DNA of 64,000 nt from Syncephalis fuscata S228. Its lineage: Eukaryota; Fungi; Zoopagomycota. The notes under the pieces are model-generated. The model worked only from the letters and a program-made list of their open reading frames with translations, made no database searches and was not told the origin of the DNA. The DNA lies in NCBI GenBank assembly GCA_025786725.1, contig JAHLTZ010000021.1:410528-474527 (forward strand). The letters are read 5' to 3'. Below, piece after piece: positions 57,776 through 64,000 of this stretch (position 1 is the stretch's first letter; every line of letters starts with the position of its first letter). A program made the translations under genes and the position numbers.

Positions 57776-57960
57776 TCCAAGGGGGATGATGTAACGATAT
57801 TATATTCGTTACGGGAAATAATTGTATAATTTAAATATTATGCAATTATTTTCCCACAACACCTTAAATTAAGACTCCGCAAAGCTTATAAATAACACAC
57901 ATTTTCTGTTTAATAAAAGATAATCTTTATTCCATTATATCCTATTTTACGGTTGTTACA

Positions 57961-59131
57961 GCAACATTGATGCTGTGTAGCACCACTGTCTACAATCCAC
58001 TTATCACTAAGTGAGTTGTTTGCGGTATCGTTGACGGAGAATAGATAGGTATTCTGAGTATCAGATTTATTTGCACGTGGTTTTGAATCGTTGTTGTTGT
58101 TATTGTTCTTTCGCTTGAAACAATCGGCGATAAGGTGACCTGGCTTATGGCAGTAATTACACTTCTTGGAGGTTTTTCGCTTGTATTGTTTGTTTGGTGA
58201 CGAATATAAAGCTATTTCGTTTGATTGGGATGATTCGTTGCGTCGATTTTCTTCGGTCAGAATGCGATTAGTGACATGAGCAACGTCCAATTCTTCAAGA
58301 TGTCCTTCAATAGAAACAACAAAGTGTTCATAGTCTTTGGGAAGACTGTAAAGAATAACAGTTACGGTATCAAGTTCTGATACACCGATTCTTAGTTCAT
58401 CAAGTTGTTCAGCCATGGCAATGATATTGCCGATATGATCTTTCATAGAAGTAGAAGGATCCTTTTGGTATGTGAAGAACTTGCGTCGTAAGAATACAGC
58501 AGCAGATACACTTTTTGCTTGAAATAAATTATTGATGGCCATTAAGGTAGCTTTGGTTGTCTTGTGTGATTTTAATTGTCGTACATATTTTGCTGTCATA
58601 GCGAGGGTGATTATGGCGCGTGCACGTTTGTCGATGGCGATCCAGTCGTCATATGTGTCTTTATCATCCTTGGTAGGTGGATCTTGGTCCATGGTACTAT
58701 CAATGTCCTTTTCAATGAGCAGAGCGTGTATTTGCTCTCTCCATGATTGGTAATTATCATCGGATAATCTTTCGATAGTTGATGGTCCAAACGACATTAT
58801 GTAGAGTAACGAGGTGACGGCTTAGAAGTAAAGTTTTGGATAATGAATGTATGTACTAGAGAGAATGTGAGACTCTTAATCTGTTAGAATGAAAAGGGAC
58901 AATAGAATGGATTGAATTGAATAAAATGGATTGTTAATTATTTATTAAAATGTGTTACCGATTTTGGTTATTATATAGTTAGTGGATTCAATTTAGTCAC
59001 GCGTTATGATGAAGTGTGATTGTTAGTCATGTGTTTGCATTTAAGCATGATTAACCAAATATGGTAATTAATGTCAGGCAAATACCTGACGGTCAGGGCC
59101 TTGGACATATCGAATGAATGCGGTGTAAACA
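57961..59131 (-). mobile_element. Ty1/Copia element, 5' part: LTR about 58882-59131 (outer end uncertain), gag-protease 57961-58797 cut by element B
   Basis: IERLSDDNYQSW, ILYSLPKDYEHFV, CNYCHKPGHLIADC, WIVDSGATQH. Confidence 0.9.
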
Positions 59132-59149
59132 CACGCATTATTTCAATAG

Positions 59150-59307
59150 TTGTAATGTTCGTTTCTGTGCTTATCACCAACTATCTTATTATGGATGGCA
59201 AGAGTAACTGGCTAGAAGGTATTATGTTGCTGGGAACCTATGCAATTGTCGCTGTTGCATTCTTCTACTACCCTGATGAGGAAACCTCTAACAGTACGGG
59301 GCACTAG
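59150..59307 (+). pseudogene. Orphaned 3' segment of a second VCX1 paralog
   Basis: [42 protein letters not shown], highly similar to 47825-47950, preceded by Copia sequence. Confidence 0.85.
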
Positions 59308-60164
59308 TCATTAAAACTCAGTTGCATTTTTGAAATAGCGCAATTTACAATAACTGAAAATCAAACCAACTTTGACCGACATTTGCCATTGTCGGCTTGC
59401 TCTCCTTCATTAATTGGTTGATTTTCAAGCGTTTCTCTTTCTAGCTACCTAGATTGCTGAGATTTAATAAAGTAACAAACCATACTTTTATATCCACTCT
59501 AATTAACGCTATACATCAATACTATGTGCAGTATGCTAAACTACTCAATCCTATATCATCAAAAACATAGACTACATTAAATATATATATATGAGTGTAG
59601 TATGTTTTCTATGACTCCATAATAATTATAACTTATTACATTCAATTTTTCGGTTAAAGTAGATCCGATAAATGTTCAAATCTAATGACGCCATACAATA
59701 TGGCAATCCGAAAAAATAAACTTGTACATAACAGTCATGCGGGGCCGTGATAGTTCTTATTATAATAATAATGTACACTAATTTGATTGGAAATATAAAA
59801 CACCGAATGTTTAGTGGATGTTTATGGTATACGCAGTGTGCATCTTATACATCAATTTTTTTCGGCGTTTTAAGTAGAGCTTTTTGTTATTTATATTTAG
59901 ACACTTTCCATTGCCTAGTAAAGTAAAATAACTATGCGGTTTTAGCATAATGTTTTTATCCGTAATCTATTCGATCAAACTGAGTATCAAATCTTTTTAC
60001 TGGATAGAACATGTCATTGCCACATGTCGTGATTTTCTATTATAAATACTCGTTCTTTTGATTAGCTGTTTCTTTATTCTTTACTTCCTATCCGCCTTCC
60101 ACGACTACGACTTGAATCCAAATTACTTTCTTTTTGCATTTTGGAAAATATATTACGATAAATT

Positions 60165-61260
60165 ATGGTTGACTTCAAACTTTCTGCTATTTCTGCCGTG
60201 ATTGCTGTGGTATTACTGTCAAACGTACAGAATGCTGTTGCGCGGCCAGGCCTTTTTGATATTTTCAATAAAGGTACGCTTGACATGTTTTTTATATTAT
60301 ACTAACTTTAAATAATAGATGTGCCATTTTTGGGCTATTCAAAAAATAAGGACAGTCCATTTGCTATGCGTGGTCTTGACATTTATAAGACACACCCTTC
60401 AGACCAGCCAATTCAATTTGCAAGTGCAACAATTGGTTCAAGCCCTAAAAAAGAAGTTACAATTGCATGCTCAAGCAAGGCTTTATATAAAAGTAATCGT
60501 TTAGGCGCGGCATTTGATGTAATAATTATACAATATTAATCATACAACAACTAACAAGTTTTGCAAACAATAGCACCTTATAGCAAATTCCTATTCCGCT
60601 AATAATCCAACTAAACCAGGAGAACAGTATATTAATGGCCCAATAGGTAGACTTGATGTAAATGCGCCAGAATGTCGTCATACTTCGGAATGCTCCCCTG
60701 AGAAAAGCTATGTCTGTCACTATTTCTCGGCAGCCTGTGAAGCGCCGCTACCCGAATATCTCAAGCTTATTGATACTAATCCCAAGTTGGTTAGTGGAGA
60801 CGCTACTAATGCAGCAAAAGGAGTAATAAAACAAATTATAGAAGGTAAGCATATCCAATACTGCATTTATACCTTACTTATCATATACTAGGTTTACAGT
60901 ATATGAGAAACATTGGAGTCATATATAACATGAACCATCCATGTAAGTTACCAAAAAACTAAATAGCAAATTAATAATGCTGTGTTAGACATCTGTGTAA
61001 ACATGCCCGGCAAGGTTTCGTTCTTTTTTAGAGAAACTATATCATTTAAGGGAGCATCTTTTTGGAACGATTTTATAAGAGAAAATTCAGTTAAAACGTT
61101 AAACGATGGTTTGAAAAAAGCACTCACTCAGTACTACCAATCTGCATACCCACCCAGATTAATTACCTCTGATATAGAACCAAGAGTTACTAGTGCTACT
61201 AACGGCCTTTTATTAAATAATGACTGGTCATTCCAGCCATATCGACAAAGCTCGCAATAG
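60165..61260 (+). CDS. Secreted kinase-fold-like (pseudokinase) protein, about 5 exons
   Basis: Signal peptide MVDFKLSAISAVIAVVLLSNVQNAVA. Spliced KQIIEGLQYMRNIGVIYN resembles kinase helix E, without HRD or DFG. Confidence 0.6.
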
Positions 61261-62195
61261 TTTAAATTGCTATATTTAACTTTCTAATAATCAATAGAAA
61301 TCAGTCACTTATGGCTTTTATTTGAATTAATTTACTGATGAACATACTTGGCAATAGAAATAAATAGCGAATTAACCATAAATTAATTATATTATGCGCT
61401 AAGGATATCATGCACGTCTATCCACTATGCTTTACTATCATTTTAGCATAGTAATTTGTTGTTTGATATTAAGAATGCCAATTATTTTCATTCATCCAGT
61501 GTTGCTATTGTGTAATGGCTCAGTTTATTTAATACACAACCTTTCAATTAATTAGATTTAAATATAGTTTATTTAGGACAGAATGATATGTTTATTATTA
61601 CAAGTTGATCAGATATGTACAATAAATAAATTTAATTAGAATATAGTTAATTAGCTAGTAATATTACTTACAACCAGTTTTTATCAATTTTTAAATACAC
61701 ATAATATATAACATATAAAAGAGTATACTTAATTACTATACAGTACTGTTTACCAACTATAGGTATTAGTGTGTTTATACAATACATAATTAACGATAAA
61801 CTATTATATTCGATTGCTGATGTCACTTGAGTGGACGTAAATTAACACAAATCAGCTACATAAATTAGTTATAGAATGTTATTTAATTTACGTTGACATT
61901 AAAAAACAACTATACAATTATAAACAAAACAGCTGGCATTAAATGTACGGTATAGATTAACAAAAATAACAAACTATATGTGATCAAATTATTAATTAAT
62001 TTGATACTGTGTTGGTGTATTGTTACTTAAGTTTTGAAATAAACCAGTATTAATTTTTTACAAAGAATACACCAAGTTATTCTAAAAGTGCCTATAAGTA
62101 TAACAAATATTCTTTTTAATAAAGCTATGCGTTTTATAATTTTTTGCTTTTTTATTTTTGGAACAAATAATATTTTCTGCTATAAAATTTTGTGA

Positions 62196-62277
62196 GTCAG
62201 TGTGTCCGAGTGGTTAAGGAGTGTGACTAGAAATCACATGGGCTCTGCCCGCACAGGTTCAAATCCTGTCGCTGACG
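62196..62277 (+). tRNA. tRNA-Ser(AGA)
   Basis: Acceptor GTCAGTG/CGCTGAC, anticodon arm TGTGA-CTAGAAA-TCACA, variable arm GGGC-TCT-GCCC, GGTTCAAATCC, TTTT terminator at 62282. Confidence 0.97.
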
Positions 62278-62382
62278 ATCCTTTTGCTACGCAACAGAAT
62301 GTAGTTTTCTTGCATTATTTTTTGTAAAAATTTCAAGTTTAACATGTAGAAAAACCCGTAAGGCTGCTGTCACGATTGTGTA

Positions 62383-63084
62383 TGTCGTCAAAGTCACTAC
62401 TTTCTGACTATCGTAGGACTTGATCAATAGAATGTGTGTGTTAGATAAGACAGTTCAACAATTGGATGTAAGATATCGTTTATTAGTTAATAAAATGAGT
62501 TGGTTTTTATACTAAAATAATTAGTATAGCCGTGTGATAATAGTAATAATAATAGTAATAGTAATAATAATAGTAATAATGATACTATGACGTCGGCGAT
62601 CATCGTCATAAGATCATGGGTTAGTCAGGAGTGAGTTCATATGGCTAGTCATCGGATTGATCATATGAATAGATAATTCATATGACTAGTCATATGGTGA
62701 ATATTTGGTGCCGGGTGGAGTGGTGTGTAATTTAGTCAGGCAAAAATTCAAAGTCCGACATTACCCTTCCGTTAGATTAGCGTCCGTCCTCGGTCGCCGT
62801 AATCGACTATCTTCAGTATACCATCGTCGTAGTCGGTCTCGATGTATAACTCGATACTTCTCTTTATGTGGTTCTTTCAACTTATACGAACCATTATTCA
62901 AATCATCGTAAACAATCCAAGGTTGTTCTTCCCATTTTGGTTCAAGTTTACGTGATGTTGGTCGTAATATAGTTACCAAATGTCCAATACTAAACTCATA
63001 ATCATTATTAGATGCATGTCGTTTGCTATTAAATACATTGGCATGCGATTGTTGTGTTTGTATGATGCGTTGTCGAACAGTAGG
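62383..63084 (-). mobile_element. Gypsy element A, 3' part: integrase C-terminus 62761-63084, PPT, 3' LTR 62383-62760
   Basis: KLEPKWEEQPW..NNGSYKL..IHRDRLR. The stop codon abuts an LTR identical to 51467-51844. Confidence 0.9.
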
Positions 63085-64000
63085 TGTAACCGTAGATACA
63101 GCGAACTGTTGCGGTTACTACGAGTCACAATACAATAATGTATATAAAATAAAAATGAATATTGAAAGTGAACTAATGTCTTTATTTGTGGTCATAATCA
63201 TACGCGTATTTATATTGTTCTATTGGATATATGGAATATCTAAGTAGAACAATAAAAGAAAATAAAATAAAAATAAAAGAAAATAAAAGATAAAGATAAA
63301 ACAATACGCGGTGGCGGAGTGTTAACTTCATCGTGGACCATGTGTGATGATCGGTGTGTTTAAACACCGATCATAATGTCTAAAAATGGTAATAATAAAT
63401 GAGAGGGAGAATTTTTGTTACAATACCCCCCTCCCTCTCAGGCGCTTGTCCCAAGTGCTAATCGTATGTGTGTGGAGTGTTCGTATTGATTTAATAGTTC
63501 TTGAGCATTTTGCAAGTTTTCAATTGGCTCCCAAGAACTGTCATCTTTTGAGTATCCTTTCCATTTTACTAAGTATTCCTCCACGTCATTCATCCCCACT
63601 TTTCTTGTTCTTCTACCTATTATTCTTTCCACTTCCCACTCAGCTTGTCCTTCAATCATTTCTGGCATAGGCATAGTAATTGCCGTTGGTCGTCCTGGAA
63701 ATACGTTCGGATCTTTATACCTGGTAAGCTGAGAGATGTGTATAACTGGGTGAATGCGCATGCCTGGTGGTAGTTCGATCTTGTACGCGGTCGGACTAAT
63801 GACCTCTATGATAGTGTACGGGCCAGTTTTACGCGTACGAAGGGCGGAGTTTGACTGTTCTGCTACGTGTCGTGGCATTGTGTGTCGTGTTGACAGCATT
63901 ACTCGATCACCTATTTGGAATGTGTCATCTCGACGTCGTTGGTTAGCATATTGTGCCTGTCTATCCTGAGCGTACGATATGTTGTCTTTTACCGCCTTTT
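63085..64000 (-). mobile_element. Second chromovirus (element C) nested in the pol of element A: 3' LTR 63085-63422, integrase/chromodomain from 63438 to the window edge
   Basis: [65 protein letters not shown]...GTTACA LTR unlike that of B. Confidence 0.9.

Larger units (their letters stand above)
52768..57960 (+). mobile_element. Intact Ty3/Gypsy chromovirus (element B) with identical 171-bp LTRs (52768-52938, 57790-57960)
   Basis: TGTAAC...GTTACA LTRs, PBS 52940-52957, PPT 57779-57789, gag and pol uninterrupted. Confidence 0.97.

Noticed and set aside
59071-59307. 78-aa ORF as an LTR-VCX1 fusion protein
   Set aside because: Chance in-frame ATG in the antisense Copia LTR, with no support for expression.

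Overview
Eukaryotic, intron-rich, compact fungal nuclear DNA. By inference it is an early-diverging fungus, most like Zoopagomycota/Syncephalis: 50-70 nt AT-rich introns, an animal-type PITP, and secreted kinase-like and intronless F-box-like families. About 1-50 kb is housekeeping genes (MAK5/DDX24, PITP, RRG8-like, Glu/Leu/Phe/Val dehydrogenase, FAR11/STRIP, RFWD3, TRP-like channel, two methyltransferases, TFIIIC WD40 subunit, ATG5, TAF10, UGP1, VCX1, DCP2) plus three members of an intronless F-box-like family (one head-to-head near-identical inverted pair, one pseudogene). About 51.5-64 kb is a nest of four LTR retrotransposons around a broken second VCX1, a secreted pseudokinase-like gene and tRNA-Ser(AGA). 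Most notable: (1) two U12-type minor-spliceosome introns (AT-AC in DCP2, GTATCCTTT in FAR11); (2) the two LTRs of one Gypsy element now lie in opposite orientation yet share the TSD TACAC, while the intact chromovirus inside lacks a TSD, which points to a retrotransposon-mediated inversion or an assembly flip; (3) a -1 frameshift slippery site with a pseudoknot and a 15-copy hairpin array in the intact chromovirus; (4) a Copia element apparently primed by a half tRNA-Lys(CUU). Multi-exon gene models were assembled by eye and no database searches were run.
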